Assembly (NCBI GenBank): GCA_964016885.1 | Contig: OZ024746.1 | Span: forward strand, 77,810,001-77,874,000 | Length of the DNA stretch: 64,000 nucleotides | From: Eledone cirrhosa | Taxonomy: Eukaryota | Reading direction: 5' to 3' | Shown here: piece by piece, positions 54,031 through 64,000 of the stretch | Position numbering within the stretch: position 1 is the stretch's first letter | How the letters are laid out: each line of letters starts with the position of its first letter | Program-made: the position numbers and the translations under genes | Notes under the pieces: generated by a model | The model's database searches: none | What the model saw: only the letters and a program-made list of their open reading frames with translations | Told to the model about the DNA's origin: nothing

Positions 54031-56648
54031 GATAAGTGTTTTAAGGTTCTTTTCCCAGCTAAAGCAGGTGTTAGCCTTGCAAACAACACAACATGCGACC
54101 TTTTTCGAGGTAATGTTTTATGACCAATACCCTATGCCAATTCTTTTAGACACTTCTAATGACAAACAGGAATATAATGTACCTATTCTAAACTGGATAG
54201 CTGTACCTCTTGTCTATCAGCTATTTACATACCTATCTATCTCATTGTTATCATCATGACCACTTTCGTTGCTGGAAGAAGTTGGTTGAGTTGTCATGCT
54301 CTGGGTCAGTTCTTATTCACAGTTACTGTCCTCTTAGACAATCCAGAAGACCATGTCTCACTAATACATTCCGTTTTTGGCATACTTTCCATAGGTTGAT
54401 GCCTTTTCTGATACCAACCACTTTACATTTCGTTGTTCTGTATTATACCCTAGAACGTTCAAATCCAAGATAAATCTCAGTATGTTGATTGTTTATGGTA
54501 GAGTTTTAGTGTTTTATCCAATCCCGTGAGTAGATGAAACATTGACTAAGCTCTGACTTCATCATAGCTTTTTCTAATGTCTGATTTTATGGCACTGAGT
54601 TGGTACATCTGTTGCAAGCTGTCTGGTGACAGGAGGCAGGATTTGAACTCAGAATGTACAAAATCAGAACAGATGTCATTGCAAAGCATCCTGTCCAACT
54701 CTTTAACAATTCTACCAATCCACGTTCTATGGACTGGTACTTTATTGACCTCATCAGGATTTGAACTCGGACAAAGTGCAGAGATCCGGACAAATATCAA
54801 GTCATTTAATCTGGTGCTCTGTTGCTCTGTTGACTCTGCCATCTCGCTGCTTATAGATCCTTACAAACGTCCCTTAGCTACATAAGTCTGTATAATCTGA
54901 CATGATTAGAGCTATTTAATAATCTCACAATCACTGTCACTACCAACCGACCAACCAACCATCCAACCACTGTATCCACCAAGGACTCTGTCTGAAATAA
55001 ATTAGATGATTAATAGAAAAGTTGTTACAGTGTCATTCCAATTTGGTCTTAGTTGTATGTATACTGGAATCATCAGCTTTGGTAAAAAAAAAAAAAAAAT
55101 TTTTTTCCAAACTTTCAAAGAATATCAAATGTTTCCTTTTAGGTATTTTTTGTTTTTGTTTTTTTTTTATTTTTATTTACTGAATTTAATGGTTGCTGTT
55201 GCTTCTCCATTTGATTGCCGATGATGAAAGAGAAAGAAAGGTGTTGTTAGTATCTTATCTTCAAAGGTAAAAAATGCTCAATGAGGAAATGTACATTTTC
55301 AATTATATATTCCACAGACATTTTCATTTCAAAGTGGAAATAAAATAAAAATAAAATAAATAAAATAAAATAAAAATAATAACAATAATAAATAAATAAA
55401 TAAGATAATGATAAAATAAAAAAATAACAGTAAAATAATATCAATACCATAAAAATGAAATAAAAAATAAATAAGTAAGTAAATAACGTAATAATGTAAA
55501 CCAAATTAAAGTAACTTTACGAGGAATTCTCTGTAGACCAATGAACAATTTTTCCGATACCTCTAAGTTTTCTAGTTGTCTCTCTTTAGAAATGTTATAT
55601 CTACGACATTTATTAATATCATTAATGTACCTGTGGATAATTTGAAAGAGAATTATATTTGCTAGGGCACTTCTTTTCTTCTTGTCTTCTTCTGTTGTTT
55701 ATTCAGTCATTTTTGTTGGGTTTTATTTCACTGTAGCACATAATGATGATGGCAACACCTTGTTCTCATGGTAGTGGTTGTTGTTGTTCTTGTTGTTCTT
55801 TTTATTGTTGTTGTTCTTGTTGTTGTTCTGCTTCTTTTTCTTCTTCTTCTTTGCCTTCATCCTCTTCTTCTTCCTGCTCTTCCTCTTCCTGCTCATCCTC
55901 CTCCTCCCAATGATAATTTCTATGTCTGGGAGGTTTGCACTTAAATTTTGCAAGTTTTCAATTCATAAAAATGGGGAAATAATATTTTTTTTGTTCAACA
56001 ATCATCATCTTGTATAATAATAATAATAATAATAATAACGATCATGATGATGATGATGATGGCAGTAAATCATTTTGTAAAGTCTTATCAATTATTTCCA
56101 ACACCTCTCCCCTGCCACCCCCTTTGGGATTGAATAGCTTTTAAAGCTGTCTCCCTTCCCTCCATTTATATATGGTCATGTAATTTAACTATCTGAAAAT
56201 GCTGTGAATATGCTGGAGGAGGAGGAGGAGGAGGTTGTTGTTGTTGTTGGTGGTGGTGGTGGTGGTGGTGGTGATGATGGTGGGGGTGGGGTGAGCTTAA
56301 GAAACCTGAAGGAAAAATGGAGAGAAAAAATTTACGGTTTTCATTTTAGAAATATTTAAGAAGTTTTAATGGAATTTGATTTAGTATGAAGAATTAATAA
56401 GTGGGAAAAAGGTGGCGAGTTTGTTTATAGTAAAGATTCTGAACCCAAAAGTGGATTTCTATGAAATATAGACAACAAATAAAAATAAAGGTTTCCTTAC
56501 AAAGGGTTGATAAGAAGGAAATATTAAGGATGGCACAGGATGATTAGAAGAATAAGAATGATTGATGAGTTATGGTGGAAATCAAGAAATGGCTCTAGTA
56601 TTGATATATTGAGGTGAAAATTTCAAAAAGTGTTGGTAGGTGTAGAGG

Positions 56649-56872
56649 TTAACCTTTTTTGTTATAATATTTGTAATGAATTAGTTCATGAAAAATTTTG
56701 AGAGGGTTTTACAACTATTATTTATTATTTCAGTATTGAGATAATAACTTAACATATGGCTCTTGTATAAAATCATGTTGAAAGATTTTAATTTAAATAG
56801 CTTTTCAAAATGAGTGGTTTTGTTTCATAGAACCAGGGTTGGTTTCAGCTGGGTTGCTATCAAAAGGGTTAA
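56649..56872 (+). mobile_element. Family B MITE with TTAA ends
   Basis: TTAACCTTTTTTGTTA ... CTATCAAAAGGGTTAA. Confidence 0.7.
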
Positions 56873-56887
56873 ATTAGCAATATTGGG

Positions 56888-58750
56888 ATATATATATAAG
56901 TATTGAAGTTTCCGTTGAAAATTGAAAAAGTCATAGGAGTGAAGAGTGCTCTATGTAAGTACCAGAGCAAAATTTAATGTATAATAAACAATACAATATA
57001 ATTACCTCATTACCAGAGGTTTCCCGAATAAGACGAATACGAAAAACGTCCTCATTCGTTCATCGGACAAGGCAATTTAAAACATAGCGAAATATTTGAA
57101 AAGTCTCCTCAAGAAAGGCAAGAGTTTAACGGGCAAAAAATATATAAATAAAAGTAATGCAAGAGATATATAAAAAAAATAGAAAATATAGTTAGGGTAT
57201 GTGTATATGTATGTATATACACTCACAAATGTACATATGTGTGTATGTACAAATGCATGTGTATGGTGAAAATGTGTGCGTAAGTACATATATGAGGGCA
57301 AATATATTTGTGTACATGTGACCACAAATACGTATATAATATGAGTTGAAAAAGAAATTGTAAGATAATATAGTTAACACGCATCCAAATACAGGTATGA
57401 AAGCACGCGTATAAACACACACACACGCGCGGTCACTTATATGCAGAAGGTAAAGAGGGAGGGGAGAGTAATAGTGAAAAGAAGTGTCATTCTCGATATA
57501 TGTATAAAAATGAAACAATATATGAGAATGAAAAAATGTTTTAAATCAAAGAGAAAGTAATCAATTAACACTAGAGAAAAGAAAACAAGCATAGGTACGC
57601 ACGTACACACACATATATATATATATATTTATACATACAAATATGTACAGACAAAAGCGCATGCATGCGTACATACATACACACGAGGCACGTATATATA
57701 TATATATCGCCACATGTATATCTAATCACACGTACGTACGCGACTATATATATATACATATATACATACACACCCATACATACGTATACATATACACACA
57801 TATACATACACATACATTCACCCGCATACACACACACACGTATAAGTATGTAAAAAACATAGATATAAAAAAAACATAGATATAAAAACACATACACACA
57901 CATATATATATACGTACGCACGCACACATACGGAGGCGCTCGTATACATATACAGAACGTATACGCACATATGCACACTCACACGCATAGATACAGATTA
58001 TAAACCAGCCGTATGAATAAATGAGTACAAATATAAAATCAGCTGCGAAACAACAGAATATATCTGGAGTGGAAAACGCAAGTGACATGTGATATTAGGT
58101 AGTGAAAGAAAATGGGGAAGTAAAATGTGGAATGTGAAGATATTAGGTAAGTGAATCAAAAAGTAGGGGGAGGGGGTTACTGGTGGATGTGAAGTAAAAA
58201 TAAAATTAAAAACAAAGTTAAAAATGAAAGTAAATCAGAAAGAGAAGTCTGTAAAGAGGATAATTTAAGGAAAGTGAAGAATAAGTGTTTATGGAGGATA
58301 AGTATCTGAAAGTGAGTTAAGTTTATATGAGCTGGAAAGCAAGTGTGATTTCATGTGTGGGCAACTGGTGAAAATTTCTGTTTTTGTATTTAGGCAAGTT
58401 TTTGGTGATTTAAGGTTCTGTAAAATCCAATATTTTTCACTTATGCAGAGTGTGCATCTTTTTGTTCCTCTTGCATATTCTTTAGATTGGTTCAAAATTG
58501 ACCAATCCAATTTATATTGGATACCTTGGTCTTTCAAATCCCATATTCTGCTAGCCAGAGCTGTTGTGAATTTTTTTTCTGGATATCGGAAAGATGCGAC
58601 ATGAGTAATAACGCGTTTTGAATTTGTCTTGTCATACACACATATCGTTCGCTGGTGGCTGGTAGGTTGTTGCTGATGGTTGTCACTTTAGCCGCATATA
58701 CAATGGCTTTGGTGTTGCATTTACCTTGTAATGGGCATTCACTTTTGACT
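56888..58750 (-). mobile_element. Penelope-like retroelement 3' part: GIY-YIG endonuclease relic, long 3' region and hammerhead
   Basis: ECPLQGKCNTKAIVYAAKV..YVCMT (frameshift) ..HVASFR..TALASRIWDLK..WSIL..CTLCISEKYWIL at 58289-58750. Confidence 0.85.
57000..57077 (-). ncRNA. Type I hammerhead ribozyme with a variant core (CCGATGA)
   Basis: AATTGCCTTGT-CCGATGA-A-CGAATGAGGACG..CGTCTTATTCG-G-GAAA-CCTCTG-GTA-ATGAGGTAATT; stem I is 11 bp including 3 G-U pairs. Confidence 0.75.
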
Positions 58751-59024
58751 GTTTGTTCATTTGCTATGAAAAGTTACATACAGGTAAACGTCGCTTGAAA
58801 GCAAATAAGCTTATCAATTAAGTGCATAAAGCAGTTGAACCAGTTATTAAAAGTTACGAACTAATTAGCATTTTGGACAATCAATGATGGATTTAGCAGA
58901 CCAAAGTTGCAAGATGGGGGCCCTGATGCCTCTGGGTGTCAGATCTGTCTGCCATTGGGGACCCTACCAGGAAATAGTTTTTCAGATGGCATAGCTCCAA
59001 CACCTCCAACACCTGCACCAACAT

Positions 59025-59204
59025 CTATAGCACCTCTTTGTAGACGATATTGCGTGCCATCCCTTGAGGAGTGTAAGCAAAAAGTCCATTCCTGCTCCCT
59101 ACGCGGCAACAGGCAACATAAAGTTGGCCATGGGAGAAGCATGGCTTCCCCAAATGGAGGCCTGCCACCGACAATGTTTGCCCTTGTGACTTGTTAATGG
59201 ACAT
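59025..59204 (-). pseudogene. Helitron Pif1-family helicase C-terminal 59 aa (not in the ORF track)
   Basis: MSINKSQGQTLSVAGLHLGKPCFSHGQLYVACCRVGSRNGLFAYTPQGMARNIVYKEVL*, containing helicase motifs V and VI. Confidence 0.92.
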
Positions 59205-59461
59205 AGTTTCTGGGCTTTACTCTCTCCGTCGCTCTTACCTCTCTCTATAATAGATCATTCCCCCTCTCTATAATTTAACTGCTTTACTCTCTCTGTTGCT
59301 CTTCACTCTCTATATGTAGAACACTGTTGTCTAAAATAGTGTTGTCATATAGAGAGTGAAGAGCGACAGAGAGAGTAAAGCAGTTAAATTATAAAGAGGG
59401 GGAATGATCTATTATAGAGAGAGAGGGAAGAGCGACGGAGAGAGTAAAGCTAAGAAACTAT
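59203..59461. repeat. Near-perfect ~260 bp palindrome (foldback element)
   Basis: ATAGTTTCT..GCTTTACTCTCTCCGTCGCTCTT pairs with AAGAGCGACGGAGAGAGTAAAGC..AGAAACTAT; small loop near 59330. Confidence 0.95.
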
Positions 59462-59855
59462 AGGGAGGTGTGTTAAACCCCAAAGCACGATCAATTTTTG
59501 CCCTTATTGTTGATTGATTTTTAATTTTTTTGCTTCATGGCCTTCTCCTGACCAAAAGCAATAATTGTCCCGACTTTGAATAGAATCTGTTGGAAATTGT
59601 GGACATGCATACATTACAGACCTTAACACACACATCCTCAGTTTTATATATAGATATATATATATATTATCAATGCCGTTTAACGTCTATTTTTCCATGT
59701 TGGCAATGCTAGGTCAGGTGACTATGTCATGCTCATACAGAACCGATTTTGGTTTGATTTCTACATGTGATGCTCTTCCTAGCACCAACCTCATTTACAG
59801 AGAGTACTGGGTGCTTTTTGCCATGACACCTACACGACCACTTTACACACATAGA

Positions 59856-59887
<32 letters not shown>

Positions 59888-59908
59888 CATGTGTGTGTAT
59901 ATACATAT

Positions 59909-60097
59909 AACAAAGAACAAAGAGAGTGTGGCAAGATACCAGGTGGACCATAATGCAGCAGAGTACTCAATACGTAGGGTAGTAGATCGGGTAATAGGAA
60001 AAGAGTCAGGACCCCGTCGGCTGAGCTCCAGCTAGATCCGGTCTAACTGTCAAAATGGCCGGAGCTCAGGCATCGGGGGTCCTGACTCTTTTCCTAT
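59909..60097. mobile_element. Family D repeat with a hairpin at 59994-60097
   Basis: ATAGGAAAAGAGTCAGGACCCC pairs with GGGGTCCTGACTCTTTTCCTAT; inner CTGAGCTCC pairs with GGAGCTCAG. Confidence 0.8.
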
Positions 60098-60382
60098 ATA
60101 TATATATTCCTCTTTGTCTTCTTCTTCTTCAAATCAGGGTTTATTATTCATTCTTTCTCTCAACAATTCCGTTAAAGTGAAGAAAATTATATTATCGATA
60201 TATTTTATATTATTTTTAAAAAAATCATTAACTCTATTATGCTTAACTGGGTGGCAGGTATTGATTTCTGGTGGTGGTGGTGGCGGTGGTGGGGTTACTG
60301 TTGATTTTGTTATTGATTGATTCTCTCATACTTTCTTGTCTCTCCTTGCAACTGTAATTGAAGGAAAATAATAATGATAATA

Positions 60383-60418
<36 letters not shown>

Positions 60419-61159
60419 CTTTTTATTTTTATTTTTCATTTTATATTAAAAAAACATTTTTTTATGATGATGATAATAATAATAATAATGATAAAGTACA
60501 AAATATACAAAAGTAGAGGAAACAAACAAACAAATATGAAAACAAGTATTTTGATTTTCTTTTACATTGATGTCTTCCCTTTACAATTGTAATTAAAGCA
60601 AGATGATAATAATCATAAAAATGATTTCTTTTATTGGCTACAAGGACAAGAAACAACACCTAGTGTGCTTTACATCAAATAAAGGAAAGGAGACATTAAC
60701 AATAGGAACAACAGTATATATAACTGTAACCTTAATTGTGGGGTGACGCCTGGGTTTTTGTCTCGGCTTTCCCTGGAATTATTCCAAAGTATAGTTTCTT
60801 CACCCGACCACCTCACCCCACACTATTAGGGAATTATTCTTAACCTTCTGGAGGCTGAGATTTTTTTATGAATTGCTTCCCTTGATACTGTATTATGTAT
60901 AAAAGGGAGATCACTCTATCGGCGACTTCAGTCACCTGCAGCACCAAGAGGGTTAAAGATTTGTTGTTGTGTTATCATGTATCTATTATAATAACTGCTA
61001 TTGCTATATCTACTGTTTACTTCAGTGATGCGATGCAATGTGATATCTCCTTTTCCTTTACTCGATGAAACCCCAAACCCTATGTTGTTTTTCATCTTTC
61101 TATTGCCTCCAATGTCTTGGCCTCTTATGGCCAATAAAAGAAATAATTCTTGGAGCATC

Positions 61160-61654
61160 AGACAAAGGCTTAGCAGTATTTGTTGAAGTTCTTTTTGTTT
61201 TCAGTTCAAATCCCACCACGGTCAACTTAACCTTATATCCTTCTGGTACTGGGGTTGATTTAATACGCACCCCCAATTTCTGGTCTTGTCCCTACATTAG
61301 GAATCATTATTATTTATTAACTTTGCCTTTCATCCTTACGGGGTCGATAAAATAAAGTACCAGTAATGTACTGGATAATTGCTGGCCTTGTGCCTAAAGT
61401 AGAAACAATTATTATTTATTATAAATATTTAGGGCGATGGATTGGCAGTATCGGTAGAGCGCCGGATGCCATACTTTGTAGCATAGTTATGGCCCTTTAT
61501 GGTCTGAGTTCAAATCCCGCCGAGATTAGCTTTGCCTTTCATCCTTACAATGGTTGATAAAATAAAGCACCAGTAATGCACTGGGGGTGATGTAATAGAC
61601 TTTCCCCTCCCCCCCAATTGCTGGCCTTGTGCCTAAATTAGAAACCATTATTAT
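61160..61654 (+). mobile_element. Three tandem SINE family A pieces (old, 3' half, full-length 61432-61654)
   Basis: Repeated GTTCAAATCCC, CTTTCATCC and GGCCTTGTGCCTAAA motifs. Confidence 0.88.
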
Positions 61655-62179
61655 TTATTGTAAATATTTTTTCAAAGTTTTATTGTCTTCTGTGTCACTG
61701 TTGGGTGTCATGTCGTTATTGGTGTTATTGTTGTTGTCGTTGTCTTTTGACTTGCATAATGAATAAATAAATTTATGCATTTTTATTATTACAAATTTAT
61801 TTATTCATTTATAACATTTTTTTTTTAATTGAAGAAGATTTTCTTTTCTTTTTTCTCTCCTTATAAACGGAATTTGTTTTGTTTTGTTATATTTATTTTT
61901 TATTGTTGAGGTTGTTGTTATCTGGAAACTATTATTTTTCAATAAATCAATTTTATAACTTCCTTGTCGATGTTTAGCAAACACTCCCGTGACACACACA
62001 CTCACACTCTCACACACACACTCACTAACACACGCACGTACACACACTCACACACACACACACCATCTCTCGCTTCGTTTTATTTATCTATTTATTTATT
62101 GTTTATTCTTTTTCTCAATGACAACTGTAAAATTATTGTAAACTATCAAAATTTATTGTCTGGCTTGAGTTCTAAAGAG

Positions 62180-62590
62180 GGTGACAGAGAGAGAGAGGGG
62201 GGGGGGGACAAGAGAAAGTGAGAGAGAGAGAGAGATGGTGAGCAAAGATATAGCAAAAGAGAGAGAGGGATGGAGGATTGATAGAGCGAGAGAAAGTGAG
62301 AGTGGGTGAGAGAGAGCGAGAGGGGGGGGGTGAGCAAGAGAAAGTGAGAGTAGGTGAGAGAGAGAGGGACGGAAGATTGATAGAGCGAGAGAAAGTGAGA
62401 GTGGGGGAGAGAGAGAGGGGGGGGGAGATACAGCAAGAGTGAGAAGGAGGGTGAGACAGGGAGGCGAGGTGGGTGAGAGAGAGGAGAGCTAAAGCAAAAG
62501 GGAGCAAGAGTGGGCTAGAGAGAGAAAGAGACATACAGAGAGCAAAAGAGAGCAAGAGTGGGTTAGTGATAGAGAGGAGGAGAGAGAGAT
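62180..62590 (+). repeat. GA-rich low-complexity tract with internal duplications
   Basis: Direct reading. Confidence 0.85.
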
Positions 62591-62893
62591 GTGGTGTATA
62601 GCCTAAACTATTAACAGCTACTTTGATCTTAAAATTCACCAAATTTTATTGATCTGCTGTTGATAGATTTTTCTATAAAAAAAAATAAAGAAAGACATTT
62701 CTATATATTGTTGTTTTATTTTAATGCTTAAAGACAGTATTATTTGAAATAAAGGATTCTTAATGATAGGTTGGGCTTTATTAACCCACGGCTGAGCCCT
62801 TACTCTTTCAGATATCCCCCCCCCCTCCATCTCTGGCACTTTAATCTTTCATCCCACTTTTAGTGCCCAGGTTTCAGCCCTGTCAGCCTCACA

Positions 62894-63082
62894 AATAATT
62901 GTTTCTACTTTTAGCACAAGGCCAGCAATTACCCTCAGTGCATTACTGGTACTTTATTTTATCGACCCCCGTAAGGATGAAAGGCAAAGTCAACCTCGGC
63001 GGGATTCGAACTCAGAACGTAAAGGGCCGTAACTCCATGTTGCAAGGCTCAGTGTCTCACGCTCTACCGATACTGCCAATCC
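62894..63082 (-). mobile_element. SINE family A
   Basis: Near-full copy in reverse complement. Confidence 0.93.
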
Positions 63083-63459
63083 ATCATACAGTCCTGCTTG
63101 TAGTTCTTTCATTGATGTCATCTGTTTCTGGTAATTTGCTATAAACTAAGCAGGGAATTGGCAGAGATGTTAGAACATCAGTTGATATATTTTGCACCAT
63201 TTGTTCCAGCTCTCTGTGTTTTCAGTTCAAATTCCATCGAGGTCAACATTGTCATTTGTCCTTTCAGGGTCAACATTCAAAGTACTGTTTCAATACTGCT
63301 GTTGATTCAGCATCTACCTTTCTTTTTCACTTCCTCTCACTCCCTCCCTGCTCTCGCTCACTCCACCCACTCTCTCTCAGACCTGTATATAATACGAGGA
63401 ATTTTAAACTAAAATTTTATGGCAAAATGGTGGTGGTAAGAAGTCAGGTCATATATCTA

Positions 63460-63675
63460 TTAACCTTTTAGCATTTAAACAGGCCATATCCGGCTAGAAT
63501 TCTCTCACCTCTTTTTGTTGAAACTGGCAGTAACTGGCCACTCATACTGATGTTAAAGTATTGTTCTCAAAATAAATAACATCAAAATCTCACAGATTAA
63601 ATATTATGAGAAGTAAAGCTTTTACCACAAAAATACAATAATCTATATTGAGTAATGTAAATGCTAAAGGGTTAA
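63460..63675 (+). mobile_element. MITE family C
   Basis: TTAACCTTTTAGCATTTA ... TAAATGCTAAAGGGTTAA. Confidence 0.9.
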
Positions 63676-63714
63676 ATGGATATTTTTACTGAGCTTGAAA
63701 ATACTAATTTAATA

Positions 63715-63900
63715 AATAATTGTTTCTACTTTTGGCACAAGGCCAGCAATTACCCGGTACATTACTGGTACTTTATTTTATCGACCCCGTAAGGATGAAA
63801 GGCAAAGTTAACCTCGGCGGGATTTGAACTCAGATCGTAAAGGGACGGAACTCTTTGCATCAAAGCATGGCGTCCGACCCTATACTGATACTGCCAATCC
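63715..63900 (-). mobile_element. SINE family A
   Basis: Near-full copy in reverse complement. Confidence 0.93.
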
Positions 63901-64000
63901 AAAAGTCAAATCAGACAGAAAGTATATTAGGTTGATTAGTACCTTAAAATATATATTCCTTAAAATGCATTATATCAAGTTAGAGATTTCCGAAAAACTT

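Larger units (their letters stand above)
58751..59654 (-). mobile_element. Internally deleted Helitron
   Basis: Putative 5' end A|TCTATATATAAAACTGAGGATGTGTG at 59654 plus a helicase C-terminus; no 3' CTRR end was found. Confidence 0.65.

Noticed and set aside
55020-55082. Other CTGATGA hits (17868, 26108, 43311, 45745, 48361, 55069)
   Set aside because: They lack a correctly placed GAAA or stem I/II pairing.
56300-56335. Minus-strand acceptor-like TTTTTCCTTCAG|GTTTCT, and + strand acceptor-like sites at 17417, 18930 and 30806
   Set aside because: No convincing downstream exon or donor; such sites are expected by chance in pyrimidine-rich DNA.

Overview
AT-rich, microsatellite-saturated animal DNA. 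Repeat style suggests a cephalopod (octopus-like) genome, which is an inference. It is almost certainly intronic or intergenic: no host protein-coding exon is supported, and nearly all ORFs in the track are translated simple repeats. It contains decayed retrotransposon fragments (RTE, CR1/L2, R4/Dong, L1/Tx1, Penelope-like GIY-YIG), a mariner relic, a Helitron relic carrying a ~260 bp palindrome, two tRNA-derived SINE families, TTAA-bounded MITEs and several minisatellites. Two signals stand out. First, several minimal type I hammerhead ribozyme folds occur (13.4, 21.6, 30.5 and 57.0 kb, plus decayed ones), mostly in short non-coding Penelope-like units, some with inverted tails. Second, a textbook recursive-splice-site signature (branch point, pyrimidine tract, CAG|GTAAGT) sits at 40180, followed 84 nt later by a second GTAAGT. 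Boundaries were read by eye and may be off by a few bases.
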